Shown: positions 22,366 through 31,509, counted from the first letter of the stretch. The stretch is DNA of 32,000 nucleotides from Candidatus Saccharimonadota bacterium (GCA_003516025.1 CP023991.1:270001-302000); one strand, 5' to 3'. Program-made: numbers and translations. Notes: generated from the letters alone by a model not told the origin.

Positions 22366-23544
22366 ATGAGTGGATTCCGTGATTTTCGCCATAAGCGTCA
22401 GCGGCCAGTTGCCGAGACTGTCCAGCAGTACTATCAGCCGCCGGGCAGGCGGACGGTTTGGCTGCGGCGCTACGGGCTGATTGTTGCCGGTGTCCTGGCA
22501 GTTGGCTTAGCCGCGGCATTTTTATGGTGGCATGCGAACAGTACGGCTACTACCGGCGCAGATAAAAAAGATCAGATTACCGAAACAAATCCGCTGGCCA
22601 ACAGGAATTTATACGTTGATCCGAATTCCAACGCGGCTACCCAGGCCCGGCTATGGAGCAATATAGATCCGGCGAACGCTACTTTGATGTATAAGCTGGC
22701 AGATCAACCCAGCTCGCATTGGTTCAGTAACGCGGTAAGCTACGACGAAGTCCATAGTTACGTACAGGCGGCAAATGACGTCGAACAGTTGCCGGTAACA
22801 GTGGCCTACTTCATTCCTTACCGTGACTGTATGCAATATTCCTCGGGCGGCGCTGCGGACCAGGGAGCCTATTATGACTACATTAACACCTATGCCAGCG
22901 CGATCGGGCATTTGAATGCGGTGGTTATCCTAGAGCCGGACGCGCTGGTACATATGCACGCCCAGTCTCATACCGGCAAGACATGCTTAGGTGACAGCGA
23001 ACGCCGCATGTACACGACACTGCTCAATTACGCGGTTGACCGTTTCAAATCCCTGCCCAATACCACGGTGTATATCGATGCCGGTAACAGTGGCTGGTCG
23101 ACTGACGCGGATACTATTTCAGCACTCTTGCGGGATGTAAATGTGGCACGGGCCGACGGTTTCAGCCTGAACGTTTCCAACTTCCGTATGACGGATGAAA
23201 CTGTGCAGCTTGGCAATCGCATCTCGGATAAACTGGCAGGTAAGCATTATGTAATCGATACCTCGCGTAATGGCTTAGGACCCTACGACAACCGCGCCAA
23301 TCCGGCATATAACTGGTGTAATCCCCCGGGTCGGGCACTGGGGCATTATCCAACGATCACCACCGGTGTTAAAAATGTCGACGCGTACTTGTACATCAAA
23401 AATATCGGTGAGTCTGATGGCACCGACCCGGACGCTGCCAAATGCTTTGGTGGACCGGCTGCCGGCACCTGGTGGCCGGAGTACGCCGCCGGCTTAGTGG
23501 CTCGCTGGCCGCAGAATCTTCAGTTTGATGGCAGGAGCCGGTAA
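22366..23544 (+). CDS. Glycoside hydrolase family 6 (endoglucanase/cellobiohydrolase-type), membrane-anchored
   Basis: GH6 motifs seen: YFIPYRDC, ILEPDAL, YIDAGNSGW, LNVSNF, VIDTSRNG, WCNPPGRALG and DAYLYIKNIGESDG. N-terminal TM is GLIVAGVLAVGLAAAFLWW. Confidence 0.8.
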   Translation: MSGFRDFRHKRQRPVAETVQQYYQPPGRRTVWLRRYGLIVAGVLAVGLAAAFLWWHANSTATTGADKKDQITETNPLANRNLYVDPNSNAATQARLWSNIDPANATLMYKLADQPSSHWFSNAVSYDEVHSYVQAANDVEQLPVTVAYFIPYRDCMQYSSGGAADQGAYYDYINTYASAIGHLNAVVILEPDALVHMHAQSHTGKTCLGDSERRMYTTLLNYAVDRFKSLPNTTVYIDAGNSGWSTDADTISALLRDVNVARADGFSLNVSNFRMTDETVQLGNRISDKLAGKHYVIDTSRNGLGPYDNRANPAYNWCNPPGRALGHYPTITTGVKNVDAYLYIKNIGESDGTDPDAAKCFGGPAAGTWWPEYAAGLVARWPQNLQFDGRSR

Positions 23545-23546
23545 CA

Positions 23547-23963
23547 GTGAGACCTGACCGCAAAAAGGCTGTACTCGTAGCTGTGGATCTCCTGGTCGTT
23601 CTGGCGCTAGCCGGTACAGTAACGCATGTGGTGCTATCGCGCCGACAGACAACTAAGGATGCGACCACATGTGCTGGAACGGCACGAACCCACAAGTTGC
23701 AATTGGAAAACGGCCAGTTTTCGCAGCCGCAGCTTACAGTGGCGCGCTGCGATACGGTTACTATTATGAATTCAGACAAGCAGGCCTATCTCCTTAACTT
23801 TGGCGATTATGACAGGCACCAGGATTATCCGGGCTTTACGCCGCAGGTACAGGTCCAGCATGAAGCGGTCGCCTTTACGGCTTTGCAAAAAGGGAAATAC
23901 GAGCTGCACGACCACATTGGCAATAACGCGCATCTTGCATTAACCGTAGAGTCAAAACGCTAG
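23547..23963 (+). CDS. Membrane-anchored cupredoxin-like protein lacking the canonical Cys/Met ligand pattern
   Basis: GTG 23547 has AGGAG 8 nt upstream and lies 2 nt after the GH6 stop. There is an N-terminal TM. F-x-x-P-x-L-T-V-x-x-x-D-T-V-T-I-x-N and the late G-K-Y-E-L-H-D-H fit the cupredoxin_1 topology by eye, but H/C/H/M ligands are not evident. Confidence 0.4.
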   Translation: MRPDRKKAVLVAVDLLVVLALAGTVTHVVLSRRQTTKDATTCAGTARTHKLQLENGQFSQPQLTVARCDTVTIMNSDKQAYLLNFGDYDRHQDYPGFTPQVQVQHEAVAFTALQKGKYELHDHIGNNAHLALTVESKR

Positions 23964-23965
23964 GC

Positions 23966-25528
23966 CTAGTCGTTAATGTGTACCCAGTAGGCTTCTGAAG
24001 GCACGTTTTTGGTATTAGTCACGAATGCCATATACCAACCAGCTGGCACGATGCCAGCGTTATCAGGTACGGTGATGCTGACGCCGTCAGCTGTTTTCGT
24101 TATGGCCAGGTCAATGGAACGTTGTTCGACGTCGGTGACATGAGTAACCGCGCTCGGGCGGAGCAGCTTAGCGGTCTTTATGTCGGCGGGGTTGGAAGTT
24201 TTTAGACTGCTAGTACCGCCGCGGTTCAGCTCAGTAGAGCCACCGTGTATAACGGGGCGGCTGCCGTAAAACAGGTAGGCCGGCGAGTAGATTTCAATCC
24301 TCATTTCGAACGAGTTATCGATTGGGTTGGAACCGAAGGTCGCGACCCGCCCGTCAGGGAGCAAAATGGCCTCGGAATGATAGTCGCGTCCAACGGTCGG
24401 GCTGGCGGCCTTGGTAAAGGTGTTCGTGTCAGGATGGTAAATGCTGGCTTGCAGGACGTCTTTATCACGGTAGTCGGCTGAGCCGCCAGTTTGTAAAACA
24501 GTGTCATCCGGCAGTACGACGACGCCCGGATAGCGCAGGCCTTGCTGGAGGTCCGGCCCGTCCTGGTAGGTTGGATTGGCTTGTTTGAGGTCAACAATAG
24601 CGGTACGGCGGGTGGTTACAGATGAGTCGCCGACGCCGCCCCCGCCTAACAGCATAACTTTCTGACTTTGGACCGGAGGCAGCAGTACGCTGGAACTTGT
24701 CTCGACGACGTCAGGATCACGCAGGCCGTATACGTTCTGAAAACTATTGTCAGCCAGGTTCCATAAACCGGGCTGGCGGCCAAGTTCAGGCGAACCGTAA
24801 CCATCAGTGGAACCGCTATAGAATAAACGGCCGTCACCGGTCAGGAACAGCGCCGGATAGGTTGGCAGGTAGCGGTTAAGATCTGGACGGTCCGTCCATT
24901 GCTTGGTTGTTGGGTCGTATATTTCTGTCTGTCCATTCAGCAGCTTTCCTTTTTCATCAAGACCGGATGAGGCAAGGATTTTGCCATCAGTCAGGCCGAC
25001 CAGTGTCGGATACCAGCGGGCGTAATTAAGTGGATCGACCTTTTCGTAGCGCTCCGTATCGGGATTGAATTCATACGAATCCTTGAGCCCGTAATAATCT
25101 TTTTTGGGTGAGGCAGTTAAATCTTCGTATGCCGCGGTACCGCCGGCGACCAGCAGGTTGCCATTAGCGAGGAAGGCATGGCCGGCGCAGAAAACATCCC
25201 AGGGAGTTGGTACTTCGGTGAAATCGTTAGTTTTCGGATCCCAAATGACCGTACGGAACGTGCCGCCATCAAATGACTTCTGGTCATTGCCAGAACCGGC
25301 AATCAGTAAAACTTTGCCGGTTTTGAGCAGGGCGGCATGAATCGAACGAACCGGGTTCTTACTGCTAAGGACGTCCCACTGGCCGTACTGGGCGGCCACT
25401 TCGGGGCGGTGCGTATAGTAATGCTGTAATTTAGCGTTCACTGGTTCGGCTAAAGCATTGCCGTTGATGACCAGTATGGCTAGAGTTGCCAGTGTATAGT
25501 TTAACCGCCGGTTGCGTAGTAATTTCAT
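23966..25528 (-). CDS. Galactose oxidase/glyoxal oxidase-like (GlxA-like) Kelch beta-propeller protein with a DUF1929-type C-terminal domain
   Basis: Signal/anchor MKLLRNRRLNYTLATLAILVINGNALA, the FCAGHAF motif (Cys in the position of the radical-forming Cys of this family), and repeated propeller blades. The C-terminus has RPSAVTHVTDVEQRSIDL and VPAGWYMAFV. The ATG overlaps the upstream GT2 stop (ATGA). Confidence 0.8.
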   Translation of the reverse strand: MKLLRNRRLNYTLATLAILVINGNALAEPVNAKLQHYYTHRPEVAAQYGQWDVLSSKNPVRSIHAALLKTGKVLLIAGSGNDQKSFDGGTFRTVIWDPKTNDFTEVPTPWDVFCAGHAFLANGNLLVAGGTAAYEDLTASPKKDYYGLKDSYEFNPDTERYEKVDPLNYARWYPTLVGLTDGKILASSGLDEKGKLLNGQTEIYDPTTKQWTDRPDLNRYLPTYPALFLTGDGRLFYSGSTDGYGSPELGRQPGLWNLADNSFQNVYGLRDPDVVETSSSVLLPPVQSQKVMLLGGGGVGDSSVTTRRTAIVDLKQANPTYQDGPDLQQGLRYPGVVVLPDDTVLQTGGSADYRDKDVLQASIYHPDTNTFTKAASPTVGRDYHSEAILLPDGRVATFGSNPIDNSFEMRIEIYSPAYLFYGSRPVIHGGSTELNRGGTSSLKTSNPADIKTAKLLRPSAVTHVTDVEQRSIDLAITKTADGVSITVPDNAGIVPAGWYMAFVTNTKNVPSEAYWVHIND

Positions 25529-27270
25529 ATGACCTCCTTAACCTCTGCTAAGTGTCTGGACGTGAATATATGTAAAAGCCGTTGCCTTGCCTGTTTCAGG
25601 TGTCCGGACTGCCATACGAGCAGCGGTGACAGGCAGAGCAGCAGATTAACAACCGACCATACAATGATTACCGGGTAGGCGTGGCCGCTCAGGAGACTGT
25701 AGGCAAAGAAAACGACGATAAGCGAGGACCACATGAGATGTTTACGAAAAGTGAGCAGCCGGTCGGCTGAAGTCGAATCGCCCTTGGCTGTAACGACGAA
25801 CTTCGGGGAGCGGCGCAACAGGGTCGAGATAAAAGCCGTAACATATATCGGCGCTGCGATCATGCTAAAGAACATTCCGGCGGCGCCTATGGTGCCGGCT
25901 TTTTCGTGGGGACTAACGTTAAAGCGCCGCAGCCATCCGTATAGCAGGATCTGCGCTATGGTAGCGTCCACGTACAGGGCAAGCCAGATGTCGCCAGTTA
26001 TTTGTAAACCAGTCTGGCCGAGCAACAGGTATACCATGCTGGCAAACATGCCGAAAATCCAGCTGATCGCGACCGACGGGTAGAAAAAGATGAGTGAAAT
26101 GTAGTGTAATTTTGATGCCAGCGGCAGGCGGCGCAAGATAGGAAAAAAGCGTGTAACCAGCACTTCGTTAGCGCCTCGTGACCAGCGTAACTGCTGTGAG
26201 AAAAAGTCTGTCCAGGAAGACGGGCCTTCTCCGACCGCTACGACATCGGGCGTGTATACGGAGCGCCAGTTATTTCCAGTTTCAGGATTGCGGTTGGCAT
26301 GCAGAGCCATGCCGGTTAACATATCTTCGGTGATTGAATCCTGGAAACCGCCAACCGCTTTCCAGGCGCTCACCCGATACGCATGATTGGTGCCGACGAA
26401 CATAGCGCTCCGGTAAGCGTTGCCGCCGCGCTGAATAGTTGCCTGAAAAGGGTACGCCTGAGACTCGGCACCCTTGGTAACCGGATTATTGAAATTACCG
26501 TACACCTGCGGGCCGACGACAAATGCGACATCCGGATCCTGGAAGTATCCTAAGAAACGCTCGGCGAAGTTAGCGTGCGGTACATGGTCGGTATCTACTG
26601 ATAAAACATAGTCATAATTGTCACCATGAGCGTCGATCCAGGCATTATGGTTACCGTGCTTAGTACGGGCTTTGAAGGTACCGGATATAGTGTTCCAGTA
26701 TGAAAAACCTTTTCGGCTGAAGTGTTTAACGCCCATCTGTTGGCAGGCTGCTTTAATTTCCGGGTCGTTGCCTTCGTCCAGCAGCCAGACGTCAATGGGA
26801 CCGGCGTAATTAATATCGAGCGCATGCCGCAGGGTTTTCTCGGCCAATTCCCATGGTTCCTTGCCGGGTACTATAGTGGTCGTAAAAGCAACGCGCATGC
26901 CAGGCTCCGGCTGTACAGGGCGCGGATCTTTAGCAAGTAACGTCGACAGGCACAGGCTGGCGACGTTAAACAGGCGGAGACCCTCAATGACGGCAATGCC
27001 GCACAGAATAAAAATAACGCCTGCTTTGGCTGGTCCGCTTAAGTAGGTGAAATTAATATGTGACGGTAAAAACAGCCAAATAAGGAATGAAATTTGAAAG
27101 GCAAGGTTAGCCGCAATAAGTACAAGGGCCGTACAGACGTTTCTGCCGCGCAGCACAGATTTGTATTGAACACGGTAACCTGGCTGCGGCCGGCTTAATA
27201 TGCTGCCGGATAACTGGCTAAAGCGTGGGTAGTCGTATGGTGTGGTGGTCGGTGGCGGCGTGGCGGGCAT
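25525..27270 (-). CDS. Processive family-2 glycosyltransferase, cellulose-synthase-like (CslA-like)
   Basis: Motifs seen: LLDEGND, SVDTDH (DxD), ITEDMLTG (TED) and QQLRWSRG (QxxRW). Two N-terminal and about five C-terminal TM segments. No PilZ-like C-terminus was noticed. Confidence 0.85.
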   Translation of the reverse strand: MPATPPPTTTPYDYPRFSQLSGSILSRPQPGYRVQYKSVLRGRNVCTALVLIAANLAFQISFLIWLFLPSHINFTYLSGPAKAGVIFILCGIAVIEGLRLFNVASLCLSTLLAKDPRPVQPEPGMRVAFTTTIVPGKEPWELAEKTLRHALDINYAGPIDVWLLDEGNDPEIKAACQQMGVKHFSRKGFSYWNTISGTFKARTKHGNHNAWIDAHGDNYDYVLSVDTDHVPHANFAERFLGYFQDPDVAFVVGPQVYGNFNNPVTKGAESQAYPFQATIQRGGNAYRSAMFVGTNHAYRVSAWKAVGGFQDSITEDMLTGMALHANRNPETGNNWRSVYTPDVVAVGEGPSSWTDFFSQQLRWSRGANEVLVTRFFPILRRLPLASKLHYISLIFFYPSVAISWIFGMFASMVYLLLGQTGLQITGDIWLALYVDATIAQILLYGWLRRFNVSPHEKAGTIGAAGMFFSMIAAPIYVTAFISTLLRRSPKFVVTAKGDSTSADRLLTFRKHLMWSSLIVVFFAYSLLSGHAYPVIIVWSVVNLLLCLSPLLVWQSGHLKQARQRLLHIFTSRHLAEVKEVI

Positions 27271-27348
27271 GTGGCTGAATTCTTATCGTGATTATGTTAC
27301 TAACGGGCCCACCCTGGAATATGAACAGTATACATTCCAGCTTGCCGT

Positions 27349-28341
27349 TTACCTGTTGTAACTAAGTAAAACGGACTGCGCTATGGCCTGCTGGCCGGCA
27401 GCGGTAGGGTGTAGTGGCTGGGAATCCTGTATGCCCTGGATCCAGGAGTCGGTCGAGCACACATCATGGCCGGTAAAGTCCACGGGGGCAAAACGTACGA
27501 ACGGGTAATAGCTTGCGACTTGCTGGATAGTGCTGTTGAGCGAATTAACCTCACCGGTTATCCAAGCCACTTCGGCACTGGTTATGCGTCCGCCGAGTGT
27601 CTGGGTGCAACTGGAGGAGGCGGGGTTGTAGTAGCCGGTATATATCATCGTCGGTGGCGTACCGCCAGAGCGTAACTGAATGCTGGTAAATAGTGCGAAC
27701 AGTTTACCCTGAAGAGCCAGTAAATATCCTTCGGCGAGCTTCTTTGCCGGAACGGTCGCACAGTCACGGTAGTAACAATTCAGAATTAGTTCTTGCCAGT
27801 GCGCGTCATTAGCACCGGCGGTAATAGTAATAAGCTGCGGGGTGCCGCTGGCGTATGCTCTGCCTAACTGAGCAGAAGGATTAGGGCCGTCGACGCGCTG
27901 CTGGGTGATAAGGTCGCCGGCTGTCGCGCCGCTGCAAGCCAGATGAATGAGGGGTAACTGAATGGCCGCTGCAACGGCGTACGGGTAAGCTTCCTGAGTA
28001 CGGCCACATCGTGTCTCCTCTGACGGTACGGTGGAAACTGTAGGTAAACCGATTCCGGCCGCTACAGAATCACCGAGGGCAACGTAAGAGCCGGCTGTGG
28101 TTATTGGTGCGGGTTGAGGTGTGGCCGCCGGTGTCTGAGGCTGCTCCTGCGCCCGGGAAGAGCTGGAAAAGGGGTTGCTGAAATTAAAATTAACTCCGGA
28201 CCACAAGCCTGACCATATCAGGTCGGAAACCGTGGGGTCGGTATTCGCCGCGGAAGTTTGTGCGGCGGCATGCTGTGCAGGAACCATACCGGTGAGTGCT
28301 AAAACAGCCGCCGATACCAATGCAATCCCAAGCTTTCTCAT
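27349..28341 (-). CDS. Secreted SGNH/GDSL-family hydrolase (esterase)
   Basis: Signal peptide MRKLGIALVSAAVLALTGMVPAQHAAA, block I YVALGDSVAAG, block III ITAGANDA, and block V D-S-Q-P-L-H-P. ATG 28341 is preferred over the track's TTG 28353. Confidence 0.8.
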   Translation of the reverse strand: MRKLGIALVSAAVLALTGMVPAQHAAAQTSAANTDPTVSDLIWSGLWSGVNFNFSNPFSSSSRAQEQPQTPAATPQPAPITTAGSYVALGDSVAAGIGLPTVSTVPSEETRCGRTQEAYPYAVAAAIQLPLIHLACSGATAGDLITQQRVDGPNPSAQLGRAYASGTPQLITITAGANDAHWQELILNCYYRDCATVPAKKLAEGYLLALQGKLFALFTSIQLRSGGTPPTMIYTGYYNPASSSCTQTLGGRITSAEVAWITGEVNSLNSTIQQVASYYPFVRFAPVDFTGHDVCSTDSWIQGIQDSQPLHPTAAGQQAIAQSVLLSYNR

Positions 28342-28451
28342 ACATGCCCCCAATCGTGTCTTGCTGTAAGCATAACCCCGAGTCGTGGTAGCGGATAGTG
28401 AGATATTTCACATCGCACGGTGAGTTAATAGATTTGGTACTATATGTTGTA

Positions 28452-28619
28452 ATGGATATAGATGACGCTCCAATTCTGCCATGTGCCGATAAGCTGGCTT
28501 TTGATACCCCGCGGCAAGCGAAGGCCGCCGCCACGGTGGCTGCCTATCAGCATGGCAGCAAACTCAAGATTTACCAGTGCCGCCACTGTAGTTTGTGGCA
28601 TTTGTCGAGTGCTTACTAA
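28452..28619 (+). CDS. 55-aa small protein with a C...CxxC pattern (zinc-ribbon-like)
   Basis: MDIDDAPILPCADKLAFDTPRQAKAAATVAAYQHGSKLKIYQCRHCSLWHLSSAY. The ending Y-x-C-x-x-C-x-x-W-H-L-S/T resembles small proteins I recall from actinobacterial and phage genomes, but the family name is not known to me. Confidence 0.4.
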   Translation: MDIDDAPILPCADKLAFDTPRQAKAAATVAAYQHGSKLKIYQCRHCSLWHLSSAY

Positions 28620-28683
28620 ACATAGCCAGTTTCTACCGGCAATAAGTCGGCTATAATTGCTTCACGATGAAAGTAGAAGTTAC

Positions 28684-29733
28684 ATGAGCTGGTTTCGCCG
28701 CCGCCCGGCGATAATTGTGAAACCTGAAACCATCCGCGGGGTGAACCTTGGCGGTTGGCTGGTGCTTGAAAAGTGGATGACCCCGGAAATCTTCCGCGGT
28801 TTGGCTACAGACGAGTATTCATTATGTGAGCGGGCCGACGAATCGGTGCGCGCTAAACTTACTACACACCGCGACACATTTATAACGAAAGATGACTTTA
28901 TCTGGCTGGCTGACCACGGCGTAAGCGCCGTTCGTCTGCCAATCGGCTACTGGGTATTTGGTGACGCCGATCCATATCTGCCGACGATAGAATACGTCGA
29001 CAAAGCGTTTGACTGGGCTGACGCTACGGGTATTAAAATTCTGCTTGATATGCATGGTGCCCCCGCTTCGCAAAATGGCAAGGATCACAGCGGTCAGATT
29101 GGAACAGCCGGCTGGCATACCAGCGACGTTCACGTCATTAAGACCTTAGGGGTACTACTCGAACTAACCCGCCGCTACAAGAAACGGGACAGTTTCCTTG
29201 GTATGGAACTCATGAACGAGCCTGCCAGCAACCGGTCGACCCGCCGGGTACTGCGCCGTTATTATAAGGCGGCCTATCGAATGATTCGAGCCGAATGCGG
29301 CAACAGCCCCTGGGTAGTTATTAATGATGGCTACGACGCCAAACACTGGCGCCGCAAACTGCGCGGCCGGCGATATACCAATGTATATATTGATACTCAC
29401 CAATATCAGTTGTTTAGTGACAAAGACAAACAGCTAAACATTGATGGTCATATCGCAAAAACGACCAAGGAGATTCCTAAAGAACTGGCTACATTACGTA
29501 AACACCATCCGGTGATTGTTGGCGAGTGGAGCCTTGCTCTGGACCCCGGTTCACTTCAGGATCTGGATGCCGCCGGTCTTGACGCTGCTAAACGGGCTTA
29601 TGCTGCCGCACAGCTACTGGCCTATCAAAAAACCGCTGCCTGGTTTTACTGGTCATATAAAACCGGCAAACAGAACGACTGGAATTTCCGCTACTGCGTG
29701 GAACAGGGTTGGCTACCTTCAGAAATAAAATAA
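28684..29733 (+). CDS. Glycoside hydrolase family 5 (exo-beta-1,3-glucanase/cellulase-type)
   Basis: IRGVNLGGWLVLEKWMTPEIF, the acid/base motif MELMNEP and the nucleophile motif VGEWS. There is no signal peptide. ATG 28684 is preferred over the track's TTG 28657. Confidence 0.85.
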   Translation: MSWFRRRPAIIVKPETIRGVNLGGWLVLEKWMTPEIFRGLATDEYSLCERADESVRAKLTTHRDTFITKDDFIWLADHGVSAVRLPIGYWVFGDADPYLPTIEYVDKAFDWADATGIKILLDMHGAPASQNGKDHSGQIGTAGWHTSDVHVIKTLGVLLELTRRYKKRDSFLGMELMNEPASNRSTRRVLRRYYKAAYRMIRAECGNSPWVVINDGYDAKHWRRKLRGRRYTNVYIDTHQYQLFSDKDKQLNIDGHIAKTTKEIPKELATLRKHHPVIVGEWSLALDPGSLQDLDAAGLDAAKRAYAAAQLLAYQKTAAWFYWSYKTGKQNDWNFRYCVEQGWLPSEIK

Positions 29734-29759
29734 CCCGGACAATATTTTGCCCGGGTTAT
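29730..29759 (-). terminator. Hairpin terminator between convergent genes, with a T-run on the minus strand
   Basis: ATAACCCGG (29730-29738) and CCGGGTTAT (29751-29759). The minus strand continues TTTTATTTCT. Confidence 0.55.
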
Positions 29760-29777
29760 CTGTTATCAGTAGTGTTA

Positions 29778-30164
29778 TTAGGCAGCTACTGGAGTGTGGC
29801 GTTCTTCAGCTGGGAAGATGAAGCCAAAGTACAGGAACGCTAAGGTAAGCGCAACGTGCAAGATGTTGTCGGCCAAGTCAACGTGGAAGAGGCCAAGAAC
29901 ACTGCCGTCGGTACCGACGATGAAACCGATAACAGTTACCAAAGCGTATACGACCGCCATGATTTGGAATGCCAGCTTAGAATAGCGGACAGTTTGTGAT
30001 GCAGCCAGGAATGCTAAACCAGATACAATGTGTACCAAGTTATGAACTCCGTCGACCCGGAAAATACCGAGAAGCTGACTTTCGTTAGTGAGGCCAGGAA
30101 TAAATCCTGCGATACCGATAATCAGGAATACAATTCCTGTAGCGAGCGCTGCTTTTTTTAACAT
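29778..30164 (-). CDS. DUF4383-like small membrane protein
   Basis: Four TM segments with a duplicated F-x-V-D-x-x-x-N-x-x-H pattern (FRVDGVHNLVH and FHVDLADNILH), as in the DUF4383 family. Confidence 0.7.
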   Translation of the reverse strand: MLKKAALATGIVFLIIGIAGFIPGLTNESQLLGIFRVDGVHNLVHIVSGLAFLAASQTVRYSKLAFQIMAVVYALVTVIGFIVGTDGSVLGLFHVDLADNILHVALTLAFLYFGFIFPAEERHTPVAA

Positions 30165-30208
30165 AGCAATCTCCTTAATTTATATATTCAAGCCGTGCTT
30201 GATAATGC

Positions 30209-30247
30209 TAAGTATAAACTTAAATCTTTTATAGTTAAGTGACTTAA
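30209..30247. promoter_or_regulatory. Two palindromes sharing the TAAGT/ACTTA half-site; candidate MarR operators
   Basis: TAAGTATAAACTTA (30209-30222) and TTAAGTGACTTAA (30235-30247) lie in the divergent intergenic region between the DUF4383 gene and the MarR gene. Confidence 0.4.
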
Positions 30248-30353
30248 TTAACAGCAAACACTTATTTTTGTCTTGTATACTTGGTGGGCGACAGCATTTT
30301 TCCTACATCGACTGAATTTCCATATATAAAATTAAGGATAAGGGGGTAATATA

Positions 30354-30797
30354 ATGGCTACTCAAAAAGCCGAAAAAGAACCGACAACGACGTACGCAAC
30401 CGCCGCGTTGCAAGTGATAACCTACAAAAAGCTTCAGAATAAAATTAACGGCGTTTTGAAACAATATGGCCTGAATGTGACCCAGTGGATTATTATGGGC
30501 CGCCTGCGTGAGAAGAAGTCCGGCCTGCGCACCACTGATTTGGCTAAATTCATCAACGTTGAAGTGCCATTGATAACTATGGTTTCGCAGCCGCTGTTAG
30601 GCCGCGGTTTGTTGGACAGCACCAAATCATCGACCGACAAACGGGCGAAGCTGCTCCAGCTTACGGACCGCGCCAATGAACTGATGGACACCGTAGAACT
30701 GCGCATGCAACAACAGCTACAAGGTCTGATGAAAGATATTCCCCGCCAGGAACTGAATACGTATTTCAAAGTTTTACAAACAATGCAAAGCGCCTAA
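30354..30797 (+). CDS. MarR-family transcriptional regulator
   Basis: A winged-HTH pattern: LNVTQWIIMGRL...TTDLAKFINVEVPLITMVSQPLLGRGLL...DKRAKLLQLT. Confidence 0.85.
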   Translation: MATQKAEKEPTTTYATAALQVITYKKLQNKINGVLKQYGLNVTQWIIMGRLREKKSGLRTTDLAKFINVEVPLITMVSQPLLGRGLLDSTKSSTDKRAKLLQLTDRANELMDTVELRMQQQLQGLMKDIPRQELNTYFKVLQTMQSA

Positions 30798-30800
30798 CCC

Positions 30801-31433
30801 TTAATAGGGGTAGGTGGATGGTAAAAGCGCCGGCTTATCGATTGGCAGGATACAGCCGGCTGCTTTCGTGGTCTCGATTGTTTTGTCAAAAATTGACTGT
30901 ACTGCCTTGTTGTAATCGCTGACGTACCGGCTGGTGATCATTGACCCAATAGCAAAAAGTGGTGACAAGACGCTGCTATCAAGCAGCGACCGTTGCTGGC
31001 CGACCAGTTTATTGTAGTTATTAGTTTGCTGTTTGATAAACATCGCACAGTTATTCGTCATGGTCGGCATCGCTGTTGGTGATGGAGTCTGCTGGTTGGT
31101 CGGAGAAGTCGGGGACTGATTGGCGCTGGATGACGTACTGGTACCGTCTGCCGGTTCACCGGTTTCGGAGTTGGCTACCGCCTCAGATTCATCATTGGTA
31201 GTCGGACTGAGGTTCTCCGGCTTATCCTGTAACTGTTGAGAAGTGGCAACTGCCTGAGCGTTGGGAACGGTTACGCTGGCCACTGATGAACTACGTAATT
31301 TCGGGATAGTTATAATAGCAGCTACTGCCAGAATGGCGGCTATTGCTACAAACGAAGCCACATATGCTTTGGTCCCTCGTATACCCTTGTCCTTACGTAA
31401 TTTCCGCACTACCTCATTGTAAAATGTATCCAT
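30801..31433 (-). CDS. Hypothetical membrane-anchored protein with a Ser/Thr/Pro-rich linker
   Basis: TM FVAIAAILAVAAIITI, a low-complexity linker (TSTSSSANQSPTSPTNQQTPSPT), and a ~90-aa C-terminal domain. ATG 31433 is preferred over 31481. Confidence 0.5.
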   Translation of the reverse strand: MDTFYNEVVRKLRKDKGIRGTKAYVASFVAIAAILAVAAIITIPKLRSSSVASVTVPNAQAVATSQQLQDKPENLSPTTNDESEAVANSETGEPADGTSTSSSANQSPTSPTNQQTPSPTAMPTMTNNCAMFIKQQTNNYNKLVGQQRSLLDSSVLSPLFAIGSMITSRYVSDYNKAVQSIFDKTIETTKAAGCILPIDKPALLPSTYPY

Positions 31434-31509
31434 TAATAAGCAAGCTAGTTGTCCACAGAGTGGATCTTTTCCTTGACGCATGCCGCGTAATTAGCCTAGT
31501 CTTAGGTGT

